Source: Gammaproteobacteria bacterium
GTDB lineage: Bacteria; Pseudomonadota; Gammaproteobacteria; Eutrophobiales; Eutrophobiaceae
Reading direction: 5' to 3'
NCBI GenBank assembly: GCA_016193395.1
Contig: JACPSH010000004.1
Span: 6,549 to 70,548 of the forward strand
Length of the DNA stretch: 64,000 nt
The notes under the pieces are model-generated. The model saw only the letters and a program-made list of their open reading frames with translations. It was not told where the DNA came from and did not search any database. Of the stretch, positions 45,208-54,089 are shown piece by piece; positions within the stretch are counted from its first letter, which is position 1, and each line of letters starts with the position of its first letter. The translations under genes were made by a program, and so were the position numbers.

Positions 45208-45871
45208 TCTTTCCTACCTGCACCTGATCCTCAACGCCAGCATCGTCGTCCAGTTCGTCATGCTCATGCTGCTGCTTGTGTCAATCGTTTCGTGGGCCAT
45301 GATCCTGAGCAAACGCGTGGCGCTCGGCAACGCGCGCCGCGCCGCCGACCGGTTCGAGGAGCAGTTCTGGTCCGTGGAAGACCTCAGCCCGCTCTACAAC
45401 CGCGTAACCAGCAAGCGCACTGCGGCCTTCGGCATGGAGCGCATTTTTGAATCCGGCTTCAAGGAATTCGCGCGCCTGCGCAAGCAGGAGGGGATCAGCT
45501 CCGAGGCGGTGATGGAAGGCGCGCAACGCGCCATGCGCGTCGCGCTGAACCGCGAGATCGAGACGCTCGAGATCAACCTCTCGTTCCTCGCGACGGTGGG
45601 ATCGACCAGTCCTTACGTCGGATTGTTCGGCACGGTCTGGGGCATCATGAACAGCTTCCGCGCGCTCGGCAACGTGCAGCAGGCAACCATCTCCCTGGTC
45701 GCGCCGGGGATCGCGGAGGCGCTAATCGCCACCGCGATGGGCCTGTTCGCCGCCATCCCGGCCGTGATTGCCTACAACCGCTACTCGAACGACGTGGAGC
45801 GGCTGATCAACCGCTACGATACATTCATGGAGGAGTTCTCAGCCATCCTCCACCGCCACGCACATGCATAA
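45197..45871 (+). CDS. tolQ: Tol-Pal system protein TolQ
   Basis: Start ATG 45197 ([22 protein letters not shown]). It has MotA/TolQ/ExbB motifs, including VGLFGTVWGIM. Confidence 0.9.
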   Translation: MSTDLSYLHLILNASIVVQFVMLMLLLVSIVSWAMILSKRVALGNARRAADRFEEQFWSVEDLSPLYNRVTSKRTAAFGMERIFESGFKEFARLRKQEGISSEAVMEGAQRAMRVALNREIETLEINLSFLATVGSTSPYVGLFGTVWGIMNSFRALGNVQQATISLVAPGIAEALIATAMGLFAAIPAVIAYNRYSNDVERLINRYDTFMEEFSAILHRHAHA

Positions 45872-45873
45872 AG

Positions 45874-45965
45874 CAGCTACCGGCTACCAGCTACCAGCGA
45901 CAAGGGAAGGCCTTGTTGCAAGACCCGAGTCCCGAACCCCGAGTCCCGAACCCCGAGTCCCGAAC
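45874..45965. repeat. Two different 7-nt-unit arrays around a short hairpin (locus D)
   Basis: The first array is AGCTACC GGCTACC AGCTACC AGCGACA. The core hairpin is CAAGG-gaagg-CCTTG. The second array is (CCCGAGT CCCGAAC) x3, ending 2 nt before the tolR ATG. Confidence 0.85.
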
Positions 45966-45967
45966 TG

Positions 45968-46390
45968 ATGCGCCCACGCAGCCGCCGCAAAGTCATGTCC
46001 GAGATCAACGTCGTCCCCTACATCGATGTGATGCTGGTACTGCTGGTCATCTTCATGATCACGGCGCCGCTCTTGAGCCAGGGCGTGGCGGTCGAACTGC
46101 CACAGGTGCCATCCCAACCCATGCCGCCCACCAACAACGAGCCGGTAATCATCAGCGTGGACAATCATGGCAATTTCTTCATCAACTACGGCGAGGCGCA
46201 GGACAAGCCGATCAACCCGGGAACACTGGCCAGCCGCGTCGCCGCCCTGCGCAAGTACAAACCGACAATCCCGGTGTTCGTGAAGGGCGACAAGGACGTG
46301 AATTACGGCCGCGTGGTGGAACTGATGGCCGTGCTCCAAGCCTCCGGCGTGGAGGGCGTGGGGCTGGTGACGGAGCCCCTGGAACGCTGA
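45968..46390 (+). CDS. tolR: Tol-Pal system protein TolR (ExbD/TolR family)
   Basis: 140 aa, EINVVPYIDVMLVLLVIFMITAP (alternative ATG at 45995). Confidence 0.9.
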   Translation: MRPRSRRKVMSEINVVPYIDVMLVLLVIFMITAPLLSQGVAVELPQVPSQPMPPTNNEPVIISVDNHGNFFINYGEAQDKPINPGTLASRVAALRKYKPTIPVFVKGDKDVNYGRVVELMAVLQASGVEGVGLVTEPLER

Positions 46391-46393
46391 GGA

Positions 46394-46422
46394 GGGACTC
46401 GGGGTTCGGGACTCGGGACTCG
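46394..46422. repeat. 7-nt-unit array (locus E), reverse complement of the array upstream of tolR
   Basis: GGGACTC GGGGTTC GGGACTC GGGACTC G. Its first 22 nt (46394-46415) are the perfect reverse complement of 45926-45947 and 45940-45961. Confidence 0.9.
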
Positions 46423-46448
46423 TGTTTCATAACATTTAAACCTCCTGC

Positions 46449-47270
46449 GTGCTCACTTCCGGCATCCGGCTTCCTTCGCTCGTCGTGTCCATCCTGCTGC
46501 ACGCCGTGCTGGCGCTGCTGCTGGTTCTGAACATCGAGCTCCTGCCGCACAAGCCCGTACCTCCCGTGGCAAACGTGAACATCGTCAGGACCGTCACCGT
46601 CGACAGCGCAAAGGTGGACGCGGAACTCGAACGGCTGCGCGACATCGAAAGAAAGAAAGAAAACGAACTGAAGCGCAGGGAGGAGGAACTCAAGTCGCGG
46701 ATCGAGGAGCTGCGGAGAAAGACGGCCGTTGCCGAAACAAAGCGCAAAGAGGAGGAAAAGCGCCTGGCCGAAATCGAGAAGAAGAAGGACGAAGAACAGA
46801 AGCTGCGCGAGGCGGAAGAGATGAAGGCCGCCGTACTGAAGAAAAAGCAGGAGGAAGAGACCCAGAAGAAGGCCGAGGAGGAACGGAAACAGAAGGAGGA
46901 GCAGAAGCGCAGGGAGAACGAGGAACAGCTCAAGAATCAGATGGAAGTAGAACAGCGCGAACAGGACGCGGAGCGCCTGCGCCGGGAACAGGGCGAGCTC
47001 GACCGTTACAAGGCGCGCATCAAAGACGCCATCCGCCGCGAGTTCAACACATCCGGACTGCCGCCCGGGCTGTCGTGCATCCTGCAGATACGGATGATCC
47101 CGGGAGGCGAGGTTGTGGCGGTTCGCGTGTCGAAGCCGAGCGGCAATCCGGTGTTCGACCGGCGCGCCGAGGTTGCGGTGAGCAAGGCCGCGCCGCTGCC
47201 AGTCCCGGAGAATGTCGAGTTATTTGAAAAGATGCGTGAAATTAATTTAACGTTTGCACCCGAACCCTGA
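46449..47270 (+). CDS. tolA: Tol-Pal system protein TolA
   Basis: GTG start, an N-terminal TM anchor, a long Lys/Glu/Arg-rich helical domain, and a C-terminal TolA/TonB-like domain. Confidence 0.8.
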   Translation: MLTSGIRLPSLVVSILLHAVLALLLVLNIELLPHKPVPPVANVNIVRTVTVDSAKVDAELERLRDIERKKENELKRREEELKSRIEELRRKTAVAETKRKEEEKRLAEIEKKKDEEQKLREAEEMKAAVLKKKQEEETQKKAEEERKQKEEQKRRENEEQLKNQMEVEQREQDAERLRREQGELDRYKARIKDAIRREFNTSGLPPGLSCILQIRMIPGGEVVAVRVSKPSGNPVFDRRAEVAVSKAAPLPVPENVELFEKMREINLTFAPEP

Positions 47271-47275
47271 ACGGA

Positions 47276-48589
47276 ATGATTGAGATGCCAGAACCGCGCA
47301 AGATCATCGCCCTGCTCGTATTCCTGTTGCTCCCCGGAGCGGCCCGGCCGGCGCTTGACATCCGCATCACCGAGGGCATGGAACAGGCGCTGCCCATCGC
47401 CGTCGTGCCGTTCGGCTGGGATGGAGAGGCGGACGTCCTGCCGCTCGACATGCACGTGACCATCGCCAACGACCTCGCGCGGAGCGGCCATTTTGCGCCC
47501 ATGGATGACCAGGACATGCCGCAACGGCCGCGCGAGTTCTCACAGATCAACCTCGCGGACTGGCGCAAACTGGGCATGGAGAGCCTTGTCATCGGCAACA
47601 TCCGCGCGACGGGCGAAGGCAATTTCGAGGTGGAGTTCCGTCTGGTCGACACCTACCGGGGGACGCAGCTCGCCGGCTTCAAGATCCCGGCCCCCTACAA
47701 GCAAATGCGGCGCACCGCGCACCGCATCAGCGACATCATCTTCGAGAAGCTCACCGGCGTGCGTGGCGCGTTCGACACGCGCATCGCCTACATCACCGTG
47801 AAGAAAACCCCGAAGGGCAAGCGTTACTCATTGCAAATCGCGGACGCGGACGGCTTCAACGCGCAGGTCCTGCTCGATTCGGGCGAACCCCTCATGTCGC
47901 CGGCCTGGTCGCCGGATGGCAGACAGCTCGCCTACGTCTCGTTCGAAGCCAAGAACTCCGCCGTCTGGATCCAGGACGTGCTGACCGGCAAACGCGAGAA
48001 GATCGCCGCAAACCCCGGGATCAACAGCGCGCCGGCGTGGTCGCCGGACGGGACGAAGCTGGCGTTGACCCTCTCCAAGGAAGGCGATCCGGAGATCTTC
48101 GTGCTGCACCTCTCGGGCCGATCGCTGCAGCGGATAACCAACGACCGCAGTATCGACACCGAGCCGGTGTGGTCGCCGGACGGCTCGCGACTGGCCTTTA
48201 CTTCGGACCGCGGCGGCGGGCCACAGATCTACGAGGTCGGCGCGCAGGGCGGGTCGCCACGGCGCCTGACGTTCGATGGCCCCTACAACGCCCGGCCGCG
48301 CTTCTCGCCGGACGGCGCCTCGCTCGCGCTGGTTCACGGCGCCGAGCGCCAGTACCGCATCGGCCTGCTGAGCGTGAAACAGGGATATCTCGAACTCCTC
48401 AGCAAGTCGCGCCTGGATGAGTCGCCGAGTTTCGCGCCGAACGGCAGCATGATCCTGTACACGACGACCACGTCCATGGGCACGGAGCTTGCCGCCGTAT
48501 CGGTGGACGGCCGCGTGCACCAGCGTCTCGCCATGCAGGATGGCGAGGTGCGCGAGCCCGCATGGGGACCGTTCCTGTCCTCTCCGTGA
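47276..48589 (+). CDS. tolB: Tol-Pal system beta-propeller protein TolB
   Basis: It has a signal peptide and repeated SPAWSPDG/EPVWSPDG/RPRFSPDG propeller motifs. Confidence 0.95.
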   Translation: MIEMPEPRKIIALLVFLLLPGAARPALDIRITEGMEQALPIAVVPFGWDGEADVLPLDMHVTIANDLARSGHFAPMDDQDMPQRPREFSQINLADWRKLGMESLVIGNIRATGEGNFEVEFRLVDTYRGTQLAGFKIPAPYKQMRRTAHRISDIIFEKLTGVRGAFDTRIAYITVKKTPKGKRYSLQIADADGFNAQVLLDSGEPLMSPAWSPDGRQLAYVSFEAKNSAVWIQDVLTGKREKIAANPGINSAPAWSPDGTKLALTLSKEGDPEIFVLHLSGRSLQRITNDRSIDTEPVWSPDGSRLAFTSDRGGGPQIYEVGAQGGSPRRLTFDGPYNARPRFSPDGASLALVHGAERQYRIGLLSVKQGYLELLSKSRLDESPSFAPNGSMILYTTTTSMGTELAAVSVDGRVHQRLAMQDGEVREPAWGPFLSSP

Positions 48590-48649
48590 CCGGCTGACGC
48601 GCGGTCATTCCCGTCGCGCATTGATGATATCCTGTGGCCCCAACAGGTT

Positions 48650-48805
48650 GATGCAAAAGTCCATCCGTGGCCTTTTGCATCGCGCTTCGGCCAAAGCAGG
48701 GCTTCGGCCTCGCTCCATTTATCAAGCACTGGCGTGCTTGATAAATGATGCGTCCCGTCCCTGGGGCGCACAGGCTGATGCAAAACCGGGTATTGCATCA
48801 GCCTG
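48650..48805 (+). repeat. 156-nt multi-hairpin module (copy 1), tolB-pal spacer
   Basis: Stems lie at 48650-48681, 48689-48707, 48716-48747 and 48771-48805, colinear with 63466-63621. Confidence 0.85.
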
Positions 48806-48834
48806 CCAACCGTTTGCCTGAAGGAGGTTTTGCG

Positions 48835-49356
48835 ATGATCAGAATTCTGCTGTTGTGCCTGGCGCTCGGCGCCACGCTGTCCGCCTGCAGTTCCAAGTCG
48901 GCCAAGGACCAGGGCGCGGCCGTGGAGGACAAATCCGGCGGCGGCGCCGGGAAAGAAGGCGCCCAGACTTACGGTGCCGGCGAGGAGAAGGCCGGCGGTC
49001 TCGCCGCGCTCAACGACCCGGACAGCCCGCTGTCGGTGCGCACGGTCTACTTCGACTACGACAGCAGCGACATCCTGCCCGAGTATCGCGGAACGGTGGA
49101 GGCGCATGCCGCATTCCTCGCTGCGAACCCGACCGTGAACATGTCGCTCGAAGGCCACGCCGACGAGCGTGGATCGCGCGAATACAACCTCGCCCTGGGC
49201 GAGCGGCGCGCGCAGTCCGTGAAGCGCCAGATGGTGCTGCTTGGCGCCTCCGCGCAGCAGATCAGCATTACCAGTTACGGCGAAGAGCGGCCCGCAGTCG
49301 AAGGCCATGATGAATCGGCCTGGAGCCAGAACCGCCGCGTCGAATTCCTCTATTGA
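48835..49356 (+). CDS. pal: Peptidoglycan-associated lipoprotein Pal
   Basis: RBS AAGGAGG at 48821-48827, lipobox LSAC, and an OmpA-like C-terminal domain (TVYFDYDSSDI...ERGSREYNLALGERRA). Confidence 0.95.
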   Translation: MIRILLLCLALGATLSACSSKSAKDQGAAVEDKSGGGAGKEGAQTYGAGEEKAGGLAALNDPDSPLSVRTVYFDYDSSDILPEYRGTVEAHAAFLAANPTVNMSLEGHADERGSREYNLALGERRAQSVKRQMVLLGASAQQISITSYGEERPAVEGHDESAWSQNRRVEFLY

Positions 49357-49369
49357 CGACGGCAGCAAC

Positions 49370-50341
49370 ATGCATACCTTTCGCGGCCTCGCGACCGTCC
49401 TCGTTCTTCTCTGCATGGCATCGGGCCCGGCGCGCGCGGCGGCGCCGGTAACGGACGCCGGCTCCGGCGATTTGGCCGCGCGACTGGCGAAGCTCGAGCG
49501 GCTTCTCGAGAACCGCGGACTGGTGGACATGCTGGCCCAGATCGAGGCGCTGCAGCAGGAAGTCGCGAGACTTCGCGGCGAGATCGAGGTGCAGAACCAT
49601 GCGCTCGGCCAGTTGCGCGAAGGGCAGAAGGGCCAGTACGCGGACCTGGATGAGCGTCTGCGACGGCTCGAGACCGGTCTCGGATCCGCCCCAATTGAAC
49701 CGAATGCCCCTGCCGGCGCGCCGGTCGATGCCAACCCCCCTCTGGAAACGCTCACCCCGGCCGTACCGGGCAGCGAGGCTGCGGCGGACGGTTCTGGCGA
49801 ATCGTCCTTGACGATCGAACTGGTTGAAAAACAGCCGGCCGCCGCTCCTGCAACGGCCCCGGCCGAACCGGTGGCCACCGTGGCTGTGGCGGCGCCGCCG
49901 AGCCCGACGCCGACCGCAACGCCCGCCAAGCCGGACCCGGTGCGGGAGCGCGACGATTACCAGCAGGCCTTCAAGCTCCTCAAGCAGGCGCTCTATGAAC
50001 AGGCAATCAAGGCGTTCCGCGAATTTCTCGCCGCCTACCCCTCGGGCGAGTACGCGGACAATGCCCAGTACTGGCTCGGCGAGGCCTACTACGTGACCCG
50101 GCAGTACGAGAACGCGCTGGCCGAATACCAGGCGCTCGCGGGCAGATATCCGAACAGCTCAAAACTTCCAGACGCGCTCCTCAAGATTGGCTACAGCCAC
50201 GAGGAATTGGGCCAGGAGGATGATGCGCGCCGCGAGTTCGCGGATTTGCGCCAGCGTTTTCCCGGGACCACGGCCGCGCGACTCGCGGACGATCGCCTGA
50301 AGGCGCTGGGTGCCGCGCACCCGGCACCGACCGCGAATTGA
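49370..50341 (+). CDS. cpoB: Cell division coordinator CpoB (YbgF), Tol-Pal associated
   Basis: It has a signal peptide, a coiled-coil N-domain, a Pro/Ala linker, and a C-terminal TPR block (YPSGEYADNAQYWLGEAYY...YPNSSKLPDALLKIG). Confidence 0.85.
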   Translation: MHTFRGLATVLVLLCMASGPARAAAPVTDAGSGDLAARLAKLERLLENRGLVDMLAQIEALQQEVARLRGEIEVQNHALGQLREGQKGQYADLDERLRRLETGLGSAPIEPNAPAGAPVDANPPLETLTPAVPGSEAAADGSGESSLTIELVEKQPAAAPATAPAEPVATVAVAAPPSPTPTATPAKPDPVRERDDYQQAFKLLKQALYEQAIKAFREFLAAYPSGEYADNAQYWLGEAYYVTRQYENALAEYQALAGRYPNSSKLPDALLKIGYSHEELGQEDDARREFADLRQRFPGTTAARLADDRLKALGAAHPAPTAN

Positions 50342-50351
50342 GGCCATCGCG

Positions 50352-51038
50352 ATGCCGGCCGTGCTCCTGCGGGAACGGCAACGGGCGCAGGCCCTTTCCG
50401 CCACGTTGCGCGTCAACGAAATCTTCTTTTCCATACAGGGCGAAACGTCCAAGGTCGGACTGCCGACGGTATTCATACGGTTGACCGGCTGCCCGCTGCG
50501 CTGCCATTACTGCGACACGACCTATGCCTTCCACGAAGGCGAGCACATGTCGCTTGCGGACATATTCGGCAAGGTCCGCGGCTGGCAGGCAGGTCACGTG
50601 ACGGTTACCGGCGGCGAGCCGCTGGCGCAAAAGGACTGTCTCGTCCTGCTGACGCTGCTTTGCAACGAGGGCTATCAGGTATCGCTCGAAACCAGCGGCG
50701 CCGTTGACGTGGCGCCGGTCGACGCGCGCGTCGTGAAGATACTGGACATCAAGACGCCGGGCTCCGGCGAAGCAGCGAAGAATCGTTGGGAGAATCTGGA
50801 GCACCTGAGCGCGCTCGATCAGATCAAGTTTGTCATCCGCGATCGCGCCGATTACGAATGGGCCACCCATTTGCTGCGGTCGCGGCGCCTGAACGAAACC
50901 TGCGAGGTGCTTTATTCGCCGAGCCACGGCGAGCTTCCAGCCGCGTCGCTCGCCGACTGGATACTAGCGGACGCACTGCCGGTGCGGCTCCAGATCCAGT
51001 TGCACAAGTATCTGTGGGGCGATGTCCGCGGAAAATGA
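50352..51038 (+). CDS. queE: 7-carboxy-7-deazaguanine synthase QueE (radical SAM)
   Basis: [35 protein letters not shown] contains the CxxxCxxC cluster. The start is uncertain (ATG 50352 or a later TTG). Confidence 0.85.
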   Translation: MPAVLLRERQRAQALSATLRVNEIFFSIQGETSKVGLPTVFIRLTGCPLRCHYCDTTYAFHEGEHMSLADIFGKVRGWQAGHVTVTGGEPLAQKDCLVLLTLLCNEGYQVSLETSGAVDVAPVDARVVKILDIKTPGSGEAAKNRWENLEHLSALDQIKFVIRDRADYEWATHLLRSRRLNETCEVLYSPSHGELPAASLADWILADALPVRLQIQLHKYLWGDVRGK

Positions 51039-51708
51039 CCCAGTCGCGGCGCTAGTGCTCCTGTCCGGCGGACTGGACTCCGCCGTCACGCTGGCGGTGG
51101 CCCGCTCCCGGAACTTCCACTGCCATGCCCTTAGTTTCGATTACGGGCAGCGTCACCGCGCGGAGCTTGAGGCGGCGCGGCGCGTCGCCTCCGCGCTCGG
51201 GGCCGCGAGCCACAAATTCATCTCTATCGACCTCACGCAGATTGGCGGCTCGGCGTTGACCGATCTGCGGATCCCTGTTCCGAACCAGCCTGCCGACGGC
51301 ATTCCGGTCACCTACGTACCCGCGCGCAATACGATCTTTCTGGCATTCGCCCTGGGCTACGCCGAGATCATGGACGTCCACAACATCTTCATCGGCGTGA
51401 ACGCTATCGATTATTCCGGCTATCCGGATTGCCGTCCCGAATATATCGCCGCGTTCGAGCGGCTGGCGCGACTAGCGACGAAGGCCGGAGTCGAAGGCGG
51501 TGAACTGCACGTGCAAACGCCGCTGATTTCCCTCAGCAAGGCCGGAATCGTGCGCGTGGGCGCGGACCTTGGCGTCGACTTTTCATTGACGGTTTCGTGC
51601 TACCAGGCGGATCTCGAGGGACGGGCGTGCGGCCGCTGTGAGGCATGCCGCCTGCGGCGCGAAGGATTCCAGACTGCCGGGATCGCGGATCCCACCCGTT
51701 ACGCCTGA
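51022..51708 (+). CDS. queC: 7-cyano-7-deazaguanine synthase QueC
   Basis: [10 protein letters not shown]-loop and a C-terminal zinc Cys cluster (CYQ...CGRCEAC). Confidence 0.9.
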   Translation: MSAENDPVAALVLLSGGLDSAVTLAVARSRNFHCHALSFDYGQRHRAELEAARRVASALGAASHKFISIDLTQIGGSALTDLRIPVPNQPADGIPVTYVPARNTIFLAFALGYAEIMDVHNIFIGVNAIDYSGYPDCRPEYIAAFERLARLATKAGVEGGELHVQTPLISLSKAGIVRVGADLGVDFSLTVSCYQADLEGRACGRCEACRLRREGFQTAGIADPTRYA

Positions 51709-51736
51709 TGCGCAGGCGGCCTGGTGAAAAGCGCGT

Positions 51737-53878
51737 TCAGATATCGATGGCGGGAAGCGGCTCCGCGGCGGCGGTTTCGACGGCGCGGGTGAAGCGCACG
51801 TAGCTGTTGTAGCGCGTGCGGATGTCGCGCACGTAGACCACGGTCTGGCCGCAGTGGCAATCCTGAACCAGGTCCCCGTCCTTCTGATAAGGCCGGGCCA
51901 ATCTGAGCATCGCCAGTTCCACGTTGTCGAACCAGCGATCCTTGTCCAGCTTCATCTTCTCGGCCAGCCGCCGCGCGCGCTGCACGCGATTATATCCGCC
52001 ATTGTAGGCGGCGAGCGTGAACCATGTGCGATCCTCCAGCAGCAGGTCGGGCTCGAACTGCCCGCGCAGGTAATCCAGGTAGCGCACGCCCGCAGCGATG
52101 CTCTCCACCGGGTCGTGCAGGTCGGTGACGCCCACCTGTTCCCCGGTCTGCGGCAGCACCTGCATGAGTCCCCGGGCGCCCGCCTCTGACAGGGCGTCCG
52201 GCTGGAAGCGGCTTTCCTGGAACATCTGCGCCACGATCAGCCGCCAGTCGAAACTGTAATCATCGGCATACTTGCGCACGATCTCGTCGTACGGAGAGAG
52301 CGGCTGCGGCTGCGCCAGCAGCCCCGGGTTGCCGCCGATCGGATTGGGGCGATCCAGGTAGCGGGCATACATCGCGTTGTAGAAGCCCTTGCGGAATTCG
52401 GCGTCGATGAAATCGTTCAGTGCGGAGAGCAGCTTGTGGCCTGAGCGGCGCACGACCCAGCTCAATGGCTCGGGCTCGGTCAGCGCGAACTGCGCGTGCA
52501 GGTTGACCTGGCGGCTGAACTCGGCGCGCACCTGATGACTTCCGATCACGGTCAGATCATCGAAGCCCTGTGCGACGCGGAACAACGCGGTTTCGGTATC
52601 GACTCCGGATCCCGCTTCGAAGACCTGAACACGCAGGCCCCGACGCTCGAGTTGCCGCAATGTTTCGAGATATGGGCTCTCCGACGGGACCAGGATGCGT
52701 CGCCCATCCAGATCGCGCACGTCGATCATCGGGGTATCCTGCACGCGGCCGATGATGATCGGGGCGGCATGGTTGTAAGGGCGGGTGTAGGCCAGCCGGT
52801 TGTCTGCGCCATAAGCGCGCGCCGGCAGCGAAGCGGCGATCAGATCCCCCTTGCCCTCGAGCAGCAGTCGCAGCATGTCCTGGTGCGTGTCGGCGATGAC
52901 GACTTCGAGCCGCATCTGGTTGCGCTCCGCGAAGCGCCGTACGAGCTCATATTCGAATCCCCGGAATCGGCCGTGATCGAAATAGCAGTTCACCGGGCTG
53001 TGATAGGTGATCAGGCGCAGCATCCTGCGCTCTTGAAGCCCGGGGAAGTCATCGCGGTAGTTGCGTGAGGGCCCCAGCTCAAGATGGCTCTTGTTCAGAA
53101 ACTCGTTCAGCGAGACGAGCAAATCGGGCGCGCCGCCGCGCACCGCCCAGGTGCGCGCCGCCGCGCCTTCCAGTTCAAAGGCGACATGGAGGTTCAGGAA
53201 TCTCGGCAGCTCCGAATTGAGTGCCAGGCTCTCGCCAATCGCCAGGTCGTAACGCCCCGAAGCCACCCCGTCCAGAACGGTCCGGACCCCGGTCGCCTCG
53301 GGGATTTCGACGATCTGCATCGCCGCGTGCGAACGCGCCGCGCGCTGCAGGATTCCCCACGCCGGCGACGATGTCTTCACCGCGATCTGGCGCGTGTAAA
53401 GATCCTCCAGCGACCGGATCCGCCCGGTGTCGATACGCCCCACGACCTGTTCCCGGGATACGCCCCAGGGGAGGGTGTGCGTGACGCCCGGCCCAGCGGC
53501 AGCGCCGATCGCCAGATCCCCGAGTCCGTTGCGCAGGCCGGGTTCGAGATTGTCCGCCGGGGTCCCGCGCCAAAGGGTCTTCAAGCCCTGGCTGGCGGCG
53601 AACAGTTCCACCAGATGCCGTTCGAGCGGGGAAATCAGCAGCCCATTCGGGCCCTCGGCCCCGAGCACGCGCAGTTCGCCCGCGAGGCGCAACTCGGCCA
53701 GATCGGCGTATCGGGAGGGATGGACTGGAGGGCTTGGGGTAAGGGATTGTGGGAGGGGATTCGCCAATGTTTGCGGCCTTACGCCGATAGGCGTCGGCGC
53801 GCCCAGACACCAGGCGAACCCGGCCAGGATCGCCGGTAACAAGATGAAACTCCCCAAAGGCTGGAATGGGACGCGCAC
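51737..53878 (-). CDS. mltF: Membrane-bound lytic murein transglycosylase F-like (two solute-binding-like domains + SLT domain)
   Basis: 713 aa. The C-terminal SLT motifs are QESRFQPDALSEAGARGLMQV and AYNGG. The N-terminal part has a PBP type 2 fold pattern. Confidence 0.8.
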   Translation of the reverse strand: MRVPFQPLGSFILLPAILAGFAWCLGAPTPIGVRPQTLANPLPQSLTPSPPVHPSRYADLAELRLAGELRVLGAEGPNGLLISPLERHLVELFAASQGLKTLWRGTPADNLEPGLRNGLGDLAIGAAAGPGVTHTLPWGVSREQVVGRIDTGRIRSLEDLYTRQIAVKTSSPAWGILQRAARSHAAMQIVEIPEATGVRTVLDGVASGRYDLAIGESLALNSELPRFLNLHVAFELEGAAARTWAVRGGAPDLLVSLNEFLNKSHLELGPSRNYRDDFPGLQERRMLRLITYHSPVNCYFDHGRFRGFEYELVRRFAERNQMRLEVVIADTHQDMLRLLLEGKGDLIAASLPARAYGADNRLAYTRPYNHAAPIIIGRVQDTPMIDVRDLDGRRILVPSESPYLETLRQLERRGLRVQVFEAGSGVDTETALFRVAQGFDDLTVIGSHQVRAEFSRQVNLHAQFALTEPEPLSWVVRRSGHKLLSALNDFIDAEFRKGFYNAMYARYLDRPNPIGGNPGLLAQPQPLSPYDEIVRKYADDYSFDWRLIVAQMFQESRFQPDALSEAGARGLMQVLPQTGEQVGVTDLHDPVESIAAGVRYLDYLRGQFEPDLLLEDRTWFTLAAYNGGYNRVQRARRLAEKMKLDKDRWFDNVELAMLRLARPYQKDGDLVQDCHCGQTVVYVRDIRTRYNSYVRFTRAVETAAAEPLPAIDI

Positions 53879-54063
53879 GAATACCCCCTCTAAGCGGGCC
53901 GCTTCTACACCGGTCTTCGGTACTGGCGCGTCACTATACGAATTTTCCTTATTGGCTTCTAGATATTGGGCGATTTTTCTTACGCACTACTATATATGGT
54001 ATGTTGCGTTGCAGCATGGGCGATACTGTACCACCGCATTTGTCGCGGTGCAACAATTTTGCC

Positions 54064-54083
54064 TTCCGGCCAGAAAGCCGGAA
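54064..54083. repeat. REP-related short hairpin just 3' of murU
   Basis: TTCCGGC-cagaaa-GCCGGAA. Confidence 0.5.
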
Positions 54084-54089
54084 TGGGAA

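Noticed and set aside
46600-46960. Highly repetitive Lys/Glu/Arg-coding stretch that looked like a DNA repeat or low-complexity insertion
   Set aside because: It is the expected charged helical domain II of TolA, in frame between a TM anchor and the conserved C-terminal domain.
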